Shown one piece after another: positions 8,786 through 19,485 of a stretch of DNA of 64,000 bases. The stretch comes from Microcoleaceae cyanobacterium (GTDB taxonomy: Bacteria > Cyanobacteriota > Cyanobacteriia > Cyanobacteriales > Microcoleaceae): contig JBOFUV010000101.1 in the NCBI GenBank assembly GCA_051652765.1, positions 1 to 64,000 on the forward strand, given 5' to 3'. Under the pieces are notes generated by a model. It saw only the letters and a list, made by a program, of their open reading frames with translations, did not search any database and had not been told where the DNA came from. The position numbers and the translations under genes are program-made. How positions within the stretch are numbered: the first letter of the stretch is position 1; every line of letters starts with the position of its first letter.

Positions 8786-10093
8786 CTAGAAGACAAACTT
8801 AATCTCTAACTGCCAACTTTTGCCCTCTCGAATCAAGTCAATTTGTCGAATAAACTCTCGAAAATAAAACCTACGTTCTGTTTCGGTCAAATCCAACCAA
8901 AATTGAGGTAGAGAGACAGCCTGAGCAGTTTGTTGTAAATTAACTGGAGGAAGTTGAGCGAGTTTATCTTGAAATTCGGCAATCTCTATTTGAAGTTTAT
9001 AGGCTCGTAGATTTGCCGTTTCTGGATCAAGCACGCCTGTTTCAATATATTGAGGAAGTTGATCTAAAATTGCTTGCTTATCGGCGATCGCCTGATCAAT
9101 TCTAGTTTTGACTATTCCCATATCTGGGAGGTTCAATTGAGCTACAGCACAAGGCAAATCCTCACAAACTCGCTGAATTGTTGTTGCTAAAACTTCGTTA
9201 TACGCCAAACTTTTGCACTTGGGTGTTTGAGGACAGTCAGTTGAACGTAGATACAAATATTCCCGTTCTTTCCGGTATGCAGTCACCCGCATCACTGTCA
9301 TTAAACATTGACATTCAGCACAGAAAACCAACCCTGAAAGTGATCGAGGCGCACTTGCTGAACGGGGTGACATCCGCTGATTTCGACGCAGGAGTCGATC
9401 CACTTGGGCTCCTTCTTCCCGAGAAATAATTGCTACATGAGTATTTGAAATAATGTCACCATTCTTATATTCCAAATCGCCTCGATAGACCGGATTTGTC
9501 AGCCATCGCCGCCCGGTTGTAACAGAGATTGTTTTACCATAGCGTTGCTCCAAATAACGCACAGCTCCCCGCAAAGAACCATAGATCAAGAAGCGTTCAA
9601 AGAAATCTTTGACAACAGGAGCAGTACTGCGATCGAGGGCATACCGATCTTTCCCTCGGCGGTAACCGTAGGGAGCTTTTCCGGGCGGGGGCAGGGCTTT
9701 AAGGCGATTTTGGGCGTGTCCTTGAGCAATTCGATGACTGCGTTGGCTGGCTTGGACTTCAATTTGAATTGCAGCTAGCAACTTGATTAAATCTGCTCTG
9801 GTCAGGGTTGAATATGCAGGTTGAAGCTCAGATTCAATTGGAATAATATTCACCTGGAAAGCCTCCAGTTGAGAGAGGCGATCGCTGACCTCTTGAACTG
9901 AGTTTCCTAATTCTTCAAAACGTCGCAGCAATAAATATTTAGGAGGCTCAATTTTACAATCCTTGAACAACTGTTCTAGCGCTTGTCGCCCTCCTAAATC
10001 TTGATAGAGGCAATCCAGTTCCCATCCCCAAATTGATTGATCCGGAGGAGTTTCTAGCAGCGGATCACTATAGGAATAGGCAACAACTTTCAT
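8786..10093 (-). CDS. Large serine recombinase-family protein (resolvase-like + recombinase + Zn-ribbon), catalytic motifs degenerate
   Basis: GKAPYGY, WLTNPVYRG, HVAIISREE, LSGLVFCAEC...C....C; N-terminus AYSYSDP and RRFEELGNS in place of YxRVS and DRLxR. Confidence 0.85.
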   Translation of the reverse strand: MKVVAYSYSDPLLETPPDQSIWGWELDCLYQDLGGRQALEQLFKDCKIEPPKYLLLRRFEELGNSVQEVSDRLSQLEAFQVNIIPIESELQPAYSTLTRADLIKLLAAIQIEVQASQRSHRIAQGHAQNRLKALPPPGKAPYGYRRGKDRYALDRSTAPVVKDFFERFLIYGSLRGAVRYLEQRYGKTISVTTGRRWLTNPVYRGDLEYKNGDIISNTHVAIISREEGAQVDRLLRRNQRMSPRSASAPRSLSGLVFCAECQCLMTVMRVTAYRKEREYLYLRSTDCPQTPKCKSLAYNEVLATTIQRVCEDLPCAVAQLNLPDMGIVKTRIDQAIADKQAILDQLPQYIETGVLDPETANLRAYKLQIEIAEFQDKLAQLPPVNLQQTAQAVSLPQFWLDLTETERRFYFREFIRQIDLIREGKSWQLEIKFVF

Positions 10094-10455
10094 GTGGCTT
10101 GATTCAGTTCAATCAGATTGCCATCGGGATCTTGTACGAATAATGCTGTTCGACCTGATGAACTCATTTGAAATGAAACATTATAGCGGATTAATTGTTG
10201 CTTAAATTCCTCTAAATCAGTCACAGAAAATGCCAAATGTCGATTGCGTCCCCACTTCTCGGCATTGACCTGATCAAGAATCACGGCTGAAGTCTGAATC
10301 AGATGAATTTGAAAGTCTCCAATCTGATACCAGGTTCCGGGAAAGTTCAAAGCGCGATCAGCTTTAGCGAGTCCTAAAACTTGACCATAAAACCGATCGG
10401 CTTTCTCTAAGTCAGAAACTAAGATTGCCGCATGAAGAGACTTAATCACATTCAT
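10090..10455 (-). CDS. VOC/glyoxalase family protein
   Basis: HAAILVSDL, FYGQVLGL, HLAFSV, QDPDGNLIEL. Confidence 0.9.
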   Translation of the reverse strand: MNVIKSLHAAILVSDLEKADRFYGQVLGLAKADRALNFPGTWYQIGDFQIHLIQTSAVILDQVNAEKWGRNRHLAFSVTDLEEFKQQLIRYNVSFQMSSSGRTALFVQDPDGNLIELNQAT

Positions 10456-10464
10456 ATCTCGTCA

Positions 10465-11544
10465 TCAGAAATAATTTGTAAAATAGGGGGAAGGAGCACT
10501 TTTTTCCTCAGTACTATTCTCAATACTTTCCTCAAACCTTGCTTGAGTCTGTTGATCCAGCAGTTTCCAGACCTGTTGCATCAGTGTCTCTAAACCAATT
10601 TTAGCCACGGCAGAAATCAGCAACACTTTAGAATCACTCACTTGATTCAGTTGATTGATGATCACTTGAACTTCTTCCTGTTCAAGATCTACCGCATCAA
10701 CTTTATTTAACGCTACAATTTGGGGGCGGTCACTCAAGCCTCGTCCGTAGGCCCTGAGTTCCTGCTGAATTGTCTGGTAATTTTCGACGGGATTTATGTC
10801 CGTAATATCAACTAAATGAACTAGAATTCTAGTCCGTTCAATATGACGTAAAAACTCATGTCCTAGTCCTGCACCCAAATGTGCGCCTTCGATTAACCCT
10901 GGAATATCTGCGAAAACAGTTCCATCTCCAGTTGGCTTACGAACAACACCAAGATTAGGAACTAAGGTTGTAAACGGATAATCTGCTACCTTTGGTTTTG
11001 CGGCAGAGAGAGACGAAATCAATGTCGATTTTCCAGCATTAGGAAGCCCAATAATTCCCACTTCTGCTAATAGTTTCAACTCCAGTCGCAACTGCTTTTG
11101 CTCTCCAGGAAGTCCCGGCAAAGCATAGTCAGGTGCACGATTTTGATTACTCAAAAAGAAACGATTTCCGAGCCCTCCTTTTCCTCCTTTTGCCGCACGA
11201 AACTCTTGGTGAGTCACAACAAGATCTGCAAGTAATTCCCCCGTTTCTCCATCATAAACTGCGGTTCCACAAGGAATTTGAATGATGCGATCGCTTCCCC
11301 CAGCTCCCGTCATATTTTTGGGGCCGCCCCGCTTCCCATCCTCTGCTTTGAAGGAATGATTGTACTTAAAATCCAGCAGGGTTTGTAGATGCTCAACCGC
11401 AACGAGAATCACCGATCCTCCATATCCTCCATTTCCCCCAGCAGGCCCTCCCGCAGGAACATACTTTTCGCGGCGAAAGGCAACCATGCCATCTCCTCCC
11501 TTACCTGCCTCAACTAAAATTTCAACTTGGTCAACAAACTTCAT
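10465..11544 (-). CDS. obgE: GTPase ObgE/CgtA
   Basis: Gly-rich Obg fold FRREKYVPAGGPAGG; G1 GLPNAGKST, YPFTT, DIPG, NKVD. Confidence 0.97.
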   Translation of the reverse strand: MKFVDQVEILVEAGKGGDGMVAFRREKYVPAGGPAGGNGGYGGSVILVAVEHLQTLLDFKYNHSFKAEDGKRGGPKNMTGAGGSDRIIQIPCGTAVYDGETGELLADLVVTHQEFRAAKGGKGGLGNRFFLSNQNRAPDYALPGLPGEQKQLRLELKLLAEVGIIGLPNAGKSTLISSLSAAKPKVADYPFTTLVPNLGVVRKPTGDGTVFADIPGLIEGAHLGAGLGHEFLRHIERTRILVHLVDITDINPVENYQTIQQELRAYGRGLSDRPQIVALNKVDAVDLEQEEVQVIINQLNQVSDSKVLLISAVAKIGLETLMQQVWKLLDQQTQARFEESIENSTEEKSAPSPYFTNYF

Positions 11545-11667
11545 GAGCAGCAGAAATGAACGTTAAACGAATATCCTAATTGTATACAAGAAATTGAAGT
11601 CTTGAAGTAATTCTTTTGACTTCAGATCAAAACAGTAAAACCTACTTTCTAGGGAACTGAGAGCAAC

Positions 11668-14600
11668 CTATTCCCAGGATTCTAGCCCTTTTGTCCAACC
11701 TTGAAGTAAACCGACTATGCGTTCTCGACGAGTTTCAAAATTTGCGGCAATCCAGATCAGAATTAAGCCGACTATAAATCCAACAGTCCATTTAAAAAAA
11801 GGATAAATTGCATTCAAAATCACCATCTGGTTAAAAATATTAACCAAAAATGTTGCTGTTCCGACATAAAGAAAGGCTCGGATTCGCAATCCCAAGCCAG
11901 CAAAAACAATAGCAAGACCAATTATTCCTGATATCAAACCAGTCCCTTCATTGGTTAAGAGTGCTGTAATACAAATGATGCCAATTCCAACCATTCGGAG
12001 AGCATGGCGTAGCATTTTCTGTTCAGGGTTCTTGAGGATTGAATCAACCTGAGCCAGATAGAGTAATGACAATCCGATGGGGGCAGTATAGGCCATAACA
12101 TTGAGTCTATAGTCGCTGGAAGGTAGCCAATTGAATATAATATAGTTCACTAGAAACACGCTAAAGTAGGTCAGCCGAACCCGATGATTAACTTGTGCAA
12201 GCAGCAGGTAAAAAAGAGTTGCAACTATTGCTGAAATATACTCGGAAAAGCTTGGATCGGTATTCCCTGAAAATTGAGTTAAGACAACTGTTACGATTGG
12301 TAAAAAAATAGCAATTCTCCGCCAAGGTCTCAGACTCCATCCCCAACTCTCCCAAGGCAGGAAATATAAGAAATAAGCAATTCCCGAGGCGATCGCTCCA
12401 CTCCAAGATAGAAAAATCTGTTGTACAGTGAGCAGCTGACTGACGTAAGTTAGGATTGCAATGGCTTCTAAAATACCGAAGTAAACCCAGATTTCTGCCA
12501 TTCGGGAGTTGGAGTTGTGACGGCCTTGTAAAACTGCATATTGAGCTAGAAAGTAGCCTGTTCCGAGAGCTAACCATTGGCTCGATTCCATTGGGAACTG
12601 TGTTGCTAAAATCAGGGCAATACTACTGAATCCCCAGTGTAAATAGGCAGTAGTTCTGATGTCTTGGTCAGTTAAATTCAAAAATGAGATGAGCCAAGGA
12701 TTCAACACCTGATAGGCAGAGAGAATCATCGCACCTAGGGCAGCAACTGCAACAAATTGTGTGGCAGTAGAAAAAGATAAAATTTGATAAAAGAGGAGTT
12801 GATAAACACCGAGAGAAACTCCGGCTAATCCCAAATAAGTTAAGGGTTTAAACTTTGAGGATTGACGGCCAACTCCTAACAAGATTAAAGCTACTCCTAA
12901 CATACTTAAGCCTGTCCAGTGATCAAAGCTTTCAGACCGTAAAGTTGCACCAAAAATCCCATAAAGTAAAGGGAGAACCTGCCAGGGGTGAGGCAAGTAA
13001 TTAAATGAATGTCTGCGTTGCCAGAATTCTCCTAGCCCCTGAGCCAATAATCCCAAAATGATGTTAGCAACGGACAGATAAAAAATTCGGTTATCCGTGA
13101 AGCTCAGGCCCTCAGCAACGAGTAATTCTACAGCCCAGCCAAAAGCATAAAGATTTAAGATGATTCCTGGGTGATGAGCTCTTTGATAATTCTGTTTTAG
13201 ATTCCAATTTCGGTAGGAAATTGCGCCTAAGGTTAACCCGATAGCTATGACTATCAATAATGAGGGCAATCGCAGGTTCCAGTATGTTGCAACAATATAA
13301 GCGGTCAAACCTATCAGCTCAAAGCCATAAAGCACAACTACCCATCGATCAATTGCGGTTTGATAAAGTCGTTTTAGAGGTGAAAGAGCAGCAAAAAATT
13401 GGGATAAACTGTGATAAATTCCTAGAAGTAATAAGCCCGTAATTGCGATCGCAATAAACCATCCTGCCGGAGATAAATTGGGTGCGGTTTTCCAGATTAA
13501 ACTCGCGATTAAACCCAGTCCAAAACCAACGGTAATTGTAGCTGCATCCTGAGTACAAAGTCTTCGACTATTGACAAATAAAAGGATTGTTGTAATCCCT
13601 AAACTGATGAGGCGAGCCTCAGGGAATCCAATTGTTAATAATTGAGCCATTCCTGCGAAGAGAAATCCCAATTCACTGACTAAGCGAGGCAGAGTTCTAT
13701 GAGAATAGCTTGCACTCAGGGTCAACACAGTTGGAATAATCAACCAACTGATTCCCCAAGGATTAGAATTCTGACAATTGACTAACACACATTCAAAACT
13801 TTGAAGGATGCCTGTATGGGTTAAAAATAAGCTGTAGCTTAAGCTTGCCAATCCCAGACCAAAGTGCCATGTACTGGGGTAAGAAGTAGATTGTTGACTG
13901 TCGGATCTAGTGTTAGATATAGGATCAAATGTATTGTTGAATGAGGTGGAACCCATACCGAATTTGGAGGCTGAAATTCCTAGTTCAATAGCGGCGATTA
14001 CTGCTAGTAAGATCCCCCAATATTCAAGTTTAAGGGTTGGGGAAAACCAGTGAACTAAACTATATCCTGTTAATAGTCCTCCTAAATGGGTGAGATAAAT
14101 TAAAACTGTATTGGTCGGTTGTCGTCGAATTGTAATGATTGCTAAAGCGACAGTAGATGCGAATAAATTCAGGGATCTAACGATAGGATTCAAACCACTA
14201 ATAACGGTTAAGAGACTGCCAATTCCTAGAGCAATGCGATCGCTAAATCTAGCTAGTCTGAACTTTTGATGCGTGCGTAGCCAATCTGCAATCCCAGCGA
14301 TCACGACTAAATACGGAAACCAAAACAGACTAATTAACACATCTGGAGTATTTTGAGTATTGGTTAGGTTAATGATCGGTTCAGCAAATTGTGCCCGAAC
14401 TTGTTCTGGAAGTAAATGGGTTAATAACCAATAGGTTTGTCCGCCAATTAAAAAGATTAGGATTAAATCTCTACGCTGCCAGAAATGAGACAGGCGATCG
14501 ATGAAAATTCCTAACCCTATGCCATTGATAGCTAATGTTTGCCAAGGCTGCACTCCTGCAGAGACAAACCAACTGATCAGCAATAACCCATAACTCAACT

Positions 14601-15591
14601 GATGTAATACAGTAGAAGAGTTAAGATAGAGTAATCCACTAATAATTGCCAGCGCCAATCCTATCTGGGCAATATCAACCTGATCCATAAAGATGAATCG
14701 AACCACTAAAAAAACCAGAGGGGAAAGAGATAGAATTGTAGCGGATTTAGTATCCTCAATGTCCGGTTTTTTATGGCTTTTAAAGAATTGATATCCAGTG
14801 ATAGTCGCCGTCAAAACTGCGCCTGAGTAAACAGCAAATAGTGGAAATCTCACGATGCTCCAACCGAGATGAAGATAACTCAATCCCAGTTGATTGATGA
14901 TGAGTTGCTTGGAAATTTGGCGTTCAGTTTGATTCAGTAGTGTAATAATTCCTGTCAAGAGGACAATGGCGATCGCTGTAGTCATCCACTCTAATGGGTT
15001 TCGCCATAGCCCAAATCGATCTATTGCCAAAAAATTGAGGGGAACTAATAGTAACGTCACCAGCCGAAGAGTTTCTGAAGTCAGTTGCAGCCGACTCTGT
15101 TTTCTAGTCCAAAATGTTGCAATAAAAAATCCTAAAGTATACGTTAATAAAATCCCATATTGACCTATTCTCGGAAATTTATCCCACTGACTAGCAGCCA
15201 ATACACCCGAGGAAACTAGGACGGTGAGTAATCCTAAAAACAAGAGCCAGCGAACACTTAATTCTGCTTTAAAAGATTGTAAGAATTGAGTAATAAAGTT
15301 GGGAGTTTGGAGATTGGTAAGAAGCAACTGTGAGTCGAGTGTTGCCGTTGTTTGCTGCTGGGTTTCTGATCTTTGAGGTTGGAGGTCTAATTGGGGATGG
15401 ATAGGTTGCTCCTGAGCCTGTGGTAACGGTAAGCGCTGGCTGAGATGATTTCGACACAGGGATCTCACTTGTTCGTGGGTGAGCAGACCCAATTTGAGCC
15501 ATGCCTCTAGACCATCAAGTAAAGCTGGGTCTTGAGCATTGAGGGGGATCTGGATTTGACGGTTGAGTGAGTCTTCTGGCAATGGAGTCAC
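11668..15591 (-). CDS. Very large polytopic membrane protein (DUF2157-like N-terminus), function unknown
   Basis: 1307 aa, ~30 hydrophobic segments; LLDGLEAWLKLGLL N-terminus; RAFLYVGT...W..G...GL.LI..AA.FE.RR C-terminus. Confidence 0.8.
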   Translation of the reverse strand: MTPLPEDSLNRQIQIPLNAQDPALLDGLEAWLKLGLLTHEQVRSLCRNHLSQRLPLPQAQEQPIHPQLDLQPQRSETQQQTTATLDSQLLLTNLQTPNFITQFLQSFKAELSVRWLLFLGLLTVLVSSGVLAASQWDKFPRIGQYGILLTYTLGFFIATFWTRKQSRLQLTSETLRLVTLLLVPLNFLAIDRFGLWRNPLEWMTTAIAIVLLTGIITLLNQTERQISKQLIINQLGLSYLHLGWSIVRFPLFAVYSGAVLTATITGYQFFKSHKKPDIEDTKSATILSLSPLVFLVVRFIFMDQVDIAQIGLALAIISGLLYLNSSTVLHQLSYGLLLISWFVSAGVQPWQTLAINGIGLGIFIDRLSHFWQRRDLILIFLIGGQTYWLLTHLLPEQVRAQFAEPIINLTNTQNTPDVLISLFWFPYLVVIAGIADWLRTHQKFRLARFSDRIALGIGSLLTVISGLNPIVRSLNLFASTVALAIITIRRQPTNTVLIYLTHLGGLLTGYSLVHWFSPTLKLEYWGILLAVIAAIELGISASKFGMGSTSFNNTFDPISNTRSDSQQSTSYPSTWHFGLGLASLSYSLFLTHTGILQSFECVLVNCQNSNPWGISWLIIPTVLTLSASYSHRTLPRLVSELGFLFAGMAQLLTIGFPEARLISLGITTILLFVNSRRLCTQDAATITVGFGLGLIASLIWKTAPNLSPAGWFIAIAITGLLLLGIYHSLSQFFAALSPLKRLYQTAIDRWVVVLYGFELIGLTAYIVATYWNLRLPSLLIVIAIGLTLGAISYRNWNLKQNYQRAHHPGIILNLYAFGWAVELLVAEGLSFTDNRIFYLSVANIILGLLAQGLGEFWQRRHSFNYLPHPWQVLPLLYGIFGATLRSESFDHWTGLSMLGVALILLGVGRQSSKFKPLTYLGLAGVSLGVYQLLFYQILSFSTATQFVAVAALGAMILSAYQVLNPWLISFLNLTDQDIRTTAYLHWGFSSIALILATQFPMESSQWLALGTGYFLAQYAVLQGRHNSNSRMAEIWVYFGILEAIAILTYVSQLLTVQQIFLSWSGAIASGIAYFLYFLPWESWGWSLRPWRRIAIFLPIVTVVLTQFSGNTDPSFSEYISAIVATLFYLLLAQVNHRVRLTYFSVFLVNYIIFNWLPSSDYRLNVMAYTAPIGLSLLYLAQVDSILKNPEQKMLRHALRMVGIGIICITALLTNEGTGLISGIIGLAIVFAGLGLRIRAFLYVGTATFLVNIFNQMVILNAIYPFFKWTVGFIVGLILIWIAANFETRRERIVGLLQGWTKGLESWE

Positions 15592-16086
15592 AGGCGTTCA
15601 AGCATTTTCAGGTGAGCGAGTTACCTAAGATTCTAGTCCCTGACTGACGATTCAAGGGTTTGTTAATCTAGTCAGATTTCTCAGATAATTAATCAGATAA
15701 TTAAGATCTGTAGCCCGATTTCGATAACACTCTCTGGTAAAGTTCAGTGCTATGGTTTTACAGACTAACCCTCCTGTTAAAATTGGGCCGATCGTGACCT
15801 GGGAGCCACTGCCAATGCTGATGTGTTACCCGATGACCCAAGAGTATTTCCTGACCTAACGCACTGCATGGCTTTTTCAAAGGGGCTAAGGGGGTAGTCA
15901 GTGCTCAAAATCATAGCCACTCCTTTTCATACATCCTCTCAGGAACCTGGAGTAAGTTGTCCTGTTGTTGAGAATTTAACGGGTGAAAATGAGAGTGTTA
16001 CCACTATCGCTGTGATGCAGGAGTCCTTACACATCTAGGATCGGCAAAAGGTTAACTTTTTTAATAAAATGTTAATTTTGTTAAGT

Positions 16087-16133
16087 TTTAGGAATCTTAA
16101 TGTATTTTATCAGAAATCATAATACAGATTTAT
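16087..16133 (+). promoter_or_regulatory. Candidate LysR (RbcR-type) binding sites upstream of ccmK2
   Basis: TTTAG-N5-TTAAT (16087-16101), one mismatch to the recalled RbcR motif ATTA(G/A)-N5-(C/T)TAAT; second T-N11-A dyad ATAA-N7-TTAT at 16119-16133. Confidence 0.45.
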
Positions 16134-16293
16134 ATTGTCAAGGAAGACACTATTCTTCTATTCTTATAAAAGAATGAAGAATAGCGAGCTGGAGATTAAA
16201 CTTTTTCTAGAAAGATTTCCAGAAGCCTTGATTTAATTCTGCTAGGAAAATACACGATTTTGTGTATCTGTCAATCAGTTAGGAGTTTGAGAG

Positions 16294-16605
16294 ATGTCAA
16301 TTGCTGTTGGAATGATTGAGACAATAGGCTTTCCGGCTGTTGTAGAAGCGGCGGATTCTATGGTAAAAGCGGCCCGTGTGACTCTCGTTGGCTACGAGAA
16401 AATTGGAAGTGGTCGGGTAACGGTTATCGTGCGAGGCGATGTTTCTGAAGTCCAAGCTTCTGTTGCAGCGGGGATTGAGGCGATTAAGCGGGTTAATGGT
16501 GGAGAAGTTTCGTCAACTCATATTATTGCCCGTCCCCATGAGAACTTAGAGTATGTGTTGCCGATTCGGTACACGGATGCCGTAGAGCAGTTTCGTGCTT
16601 ACTAA
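16294..16605 (+). CDS. ccmK2: Carboxysome shell hexamer CcmK2
   Basis: [10 protein letters not shown]...[18 protein letters not shown]...[14 protein letters not shown]; 103 aa; AGGAG RBS. Confidence 0.95.
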   Translation: MSIAVGMIETIGFPAVVEAADSMVKAARVTLVGYEKIGSGRVTVIVRGDVSEVQASVAAGIEAIKRVNGGEVSSTHIIARPHENLEYVLPIRYTDAVEQFRAY

Positions 16606-16848
16606 TTTAAGTCCTGCTAGTTAAACCTGCTAGTTAAAATAGTTGTGTTCAGCGCGTGAACTGAATTCCAACAGCTTTTGCTTGCTTGAATGTATTAGGG
16701 AGTCTTGACAAAATCTATCCGAGAGTTGAGCCTTCACGAATTCCAGAAATTCAATGGGTTTTGTGAGGCAACGATCCGAGGGTTTTTAGATGGATTCCTG
16801 AGAGTGGTCAACTATTATTGTTTTGCTTACACAGATTGAGGTGGCTCC

Positions 16849-17190
16849 ATGGCTATTGCAGTTGGCATGATTGAAACGTTAGGCTTTCCGGCTGTTGTAG
16901 AAGCAGCAGACTCTATGGTGAAAGCAGCGCGTGTGACTCTCGTTGGCTACGAGAAGATTGGTAGTGGTCGGGTGACGGTTATTGTGAGAGGTGATGTTTC
17001 TGAAGTTCAGGCTTCAGTTTCAGCAGGGATTGATTCTGTTCGAAAAGTCAACGGTGGACAGGTCTTGTCAACTCATATCATTGCTCGTCCCCATGAGAAC
17101 TTGGAGTACGTGTTGCCGATCCGCTACACCGAGGCCGTTGAACAGTTCCGGGAAAGTGTTACTGGCATTCGTCCCCTAAACCGCCCATAG
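16849..17190 (+). CDS. ccmK1: Carboxysome shell hexamer CcmK1
   Basis: Near-identical to CcmK2 with the ~10-aa C-terminal extension typical of K1. Confidence 0.93.
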   Translation: MAIAVGMIETLGFPAVVEAADSMVKAARVTLVGYEKIGSGRVTVIVRGDVSEVQASVSAGIDSVRKVNGGQVLSTHIIARPHENLEYVLPIRYTEAVEQFRESVTGIRPLNRP

Positions 17191-17191
17191 C

Positions 17192-17220
17192 TTAAATCTG
17201 GCCTTCTGTGCCGGATTTAA
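17192..17220 (+). other. Stem-loop immediately after ccmK1 stop
   Basis: TTAAATCTGGC-N7-GCCGGATTTAA, 11-bp stem with one G-U. Confidence 0.7.
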
Positions 17221-17321
17221 TGCTTCGGTTCTCAGATTAATTCCTAGATCATCTCTGACTAGATTACCCGTTAGGAGATGATCTACAGATTCAGTTCAGA
17301 GTTCAATTCACCTTAACGCCG

Positions 17322-17624
17322 ATGCAAATTGCTAGAGTCCTTGGCACAGTTGTTAGCACCCAGAAAGAGCCAAGCCTCCAAGGTTCAAAGTTTTTGCTGC
17401 TGCAATTCATCGATGAAGCGGGAGAGCTTCTCCCCGGATATGAGGTAGCGATTGATTCCGTCGGAGCAGGGTTTGACGAGTGGGTACTCGTCAGTCGAGG
17501 TAGCGCAGCGCGGCAAGTCCCTGGCAGCGAAACTCGTCCTAGTGATGCGGCAGTTGTTGCCATTATTGATACGGTTAATGCTGGAAACCGCTTAATCTAC
17601 AGCAAGAGAGAGCGCGATCGCTAG
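17322..17624 (+). CDS. ccmL: Carboxysome vertex pentamer CcmL
   Basis: MQIARVLGTVVSTQK...GAGFDEWVLVSRGSAAR...DAAVVAIID. Confidence 0.96.
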   Translation: MQIARVLGTVVSTQKEPSLQGSKFLLLQFIDEAGELLPGYEVAIDSVGAGFDEWVLVSRGSAARQVPGSETRPSDAAVVAIIDTVNAGNRLIYSKRERDR

Positions 17625-17804
17625 GGCTGTGCTCTGAAAGAATAGTCTGAAAGAATAATAGTCTGAGAAAGCATCCCCAGACAGCAGTTCAAGACAACAG
17701 TTCAAGGCAACAGTTCAAGAAAGTAGGCCAGTCTGTTTCACTAGCCTTGCATGAAACGTTAAATGCAGATTTGAATCCAAAAGTATCTAGGAGAAAGTTA
17801 AGTT

Positions 17805-19454
17805 ATGGTAGCTCATGGCCTTGCCGCCCCTCCAACACCTTGGTCAAAAAACTTGGCGGAGCCTAAAATAGATCCAACTGCCTATGTTCACTCCTTCTCA
17901 AATATCATTGGGGATGTTCATATTGGCGCAAATGTTTTAGTGGCCCCTGGAACCTCTATCCGAGCTGATGAAGGATCACCGTTTTATATTGGCGAAAATT
18001 CTAATATTCAAGATGGAGTTGTCATCCATGGCCTAGATGAAGGTCAAGTTAAGGGGGACAATGGGAGTTCCTACTCAGTTTGGGTGGGGAAAAACACCTC
18101 AATCGCTCACCTGAGCTTAATTCATGGCCCTGCTTATGTGGGAGACAACTGTTTTATTGGATTCCGATCCACGGTATTTAATGCCAGAGTGGGTCATGGC
18201 TGCATTGTCATGATGCATGTTCTGATTCAGGATGTTGAAATTCCCGATGGCAAGTATGTGCCTTCTGGAGCTATTATCACAAACCAGCAACAGGCCGATC
18301 GGTTACCCAATGTTAATGATGCAGATTTGTATTTCGCTGGGCACGTAGTTGGGGTTAACCAAGCCCTAAAAGCTGGCTATAAATGTTCTGAAAATCTCGC
18401 CTGTATGGCTCCAATTCGGAATGAACTTTCGCCCCCGTCCGTTGGCAATGGGGGAGGGCGTGATCGCTCCTCTACCTACTCAGGACATACTCGCCTTGCT
18501 CCTGAGATTGTAGATCAAGTTAATCGACTCTTGGCTCAGGGCTATAAAGTCGCCACCGAACATGCAGACAAGCGTCACTTCCGTACAAGTTCCTGGCGGA
18601 GTTGTGCCCCGATTGACTCTAGCCATCTTTCAGAGGTTGTCGCGGCTTTAGAAATGTGTCTTCAAGAACACAACGGTGAGTATGTGCGATTACTTGGGAT
18701 TGATACTCAGGCAAAACGACGGGTGCTAGAAGCAGTGATCCAACGTCCAGATGGCCCCGTCCAGTCTGTTGCCAATGGTCAGGTCAAGGCGGCAGCTTCT
18801 ACCGGATCAGCGATCCCAACCAGTTCAGGCAGCCATTTTGGGGATCAAGTTCGTCAGATCTTGGCTCAGGGATATAAGATTGGTCTGGAACATGCAGACA
18901 AGCGACGGTTCCGCACGAGTTCCTGGAACAGTGGTACAACCTTTACGAATGTTCAAGTCAGCGATGCGATTCGCCAAATTGAAGCATTCTTGACGGAGCA
19001 TTCCAAGGAGTATGTTCGTCTAATCGGGATTGACTCTAAGGCTCAACGTCGGGTGTCAGAAGTCATCATTCAGTACCCGGACGGCAAACCCCCAACTACT
19101 TCTCAGGCTGTTTCTCAAGGGTCTAGTGCTGCAACGGCTACTCATCCTGCACCAGGTTCTAGTCCCACAAGCCCTAGTCCAACCCCAAGTGGGAAGTTGT
19201 CCAGTGAAGTGATCGACCAAGTTCGCAGTCTCCTGCGTCAGGGCCATAAAATTGCCACTGAACATGCGGACAAGCGCCGCTTCCGTACCAGCTCTTGGCA
19301 GAGTTGCGGGCCCATCGAATCGACTCAAGAAGGACAGGTGTTAGCTGCCTTGGAAGCATGTATGCAAGAACACAGCAGCGACTATGTCCGCTTCATTGGA
19401 ATCGATACCCAAGCCAAGCGTCGGGTATTGGAGCAAGTCATTCAACGCCCTTGA
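17805..19454 (+). CDS. ccmM: CcmM: gamma-carbonic anhydrase domain + 3 RbcS-like (SSUL) repeats
   Basis: His75/102/107, Cys194/Cys200; three EHADKRxFRTSSW...YVRxxGID repeats. Confidence 0.97.
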   Translation: MVAHGLAAPPTPWSKNLAEPKIDPTAYVHSFSNIIGDVHIGANVLVAPGTSIRADEGSPFYIGENSNIQDGVVIHGLDEGQVKGDNGSSYSVWVGKNTSIAHLSLIHGPAYVGDNCFIGFRSTVFNARVGHGCIVMMHVLIQDVEIPDGKYVPSGAIITNQQQADRLPNVNDADLYFAGHVVGVNQALKAGYKCSENLACMAPIRNELSPPSVGNGGGRDRSSTYSGHTRLAPEIVDQVNRLLAQGYKVATEHADKRHFRTSSWRSCAPIDSSHLSEVVAALEMCLQEHNGEYVRLLGIDTQAKRRVLEAVIQRPDGPVQSVANGQVKAAASTGSAIPTSSGSHFGDQVRQILAQGYKIGLEHADKRRFRTSSWNSGTTFTNVQVSDAIRQIEAFLTEHSKEYVRLIGIDSKAQRRVSEVIIQYPDGKPPTTSQAVSQGSSAATATHPAPGSSPTSPSPTPSGKLSSEVIDQVRSLLRQGHKIATEHADKRRFRTSSWQSCGPIESTQEGQVLAALEACMQEHSSDYVRFIGIDTQAKRRVLEQVIQRP

Positions 19455-19485
19455 GCCTTGTCTCTTTCTTGTTGAGGTTCATATC

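Noticed and set aside
8786..10093. Prophage or integrative element defined by the recombinase
   Set aside because: Flanked by housekeeping genes, translationally coupled to the obgE-VOC genes, contains HIP1 sites, and has no cargo or att repeats.
19384..19485. Longer ccmN start overlapping ccmM
   Set aside because: ATG 19486 has a GAGG RBS and avoids the overlap.
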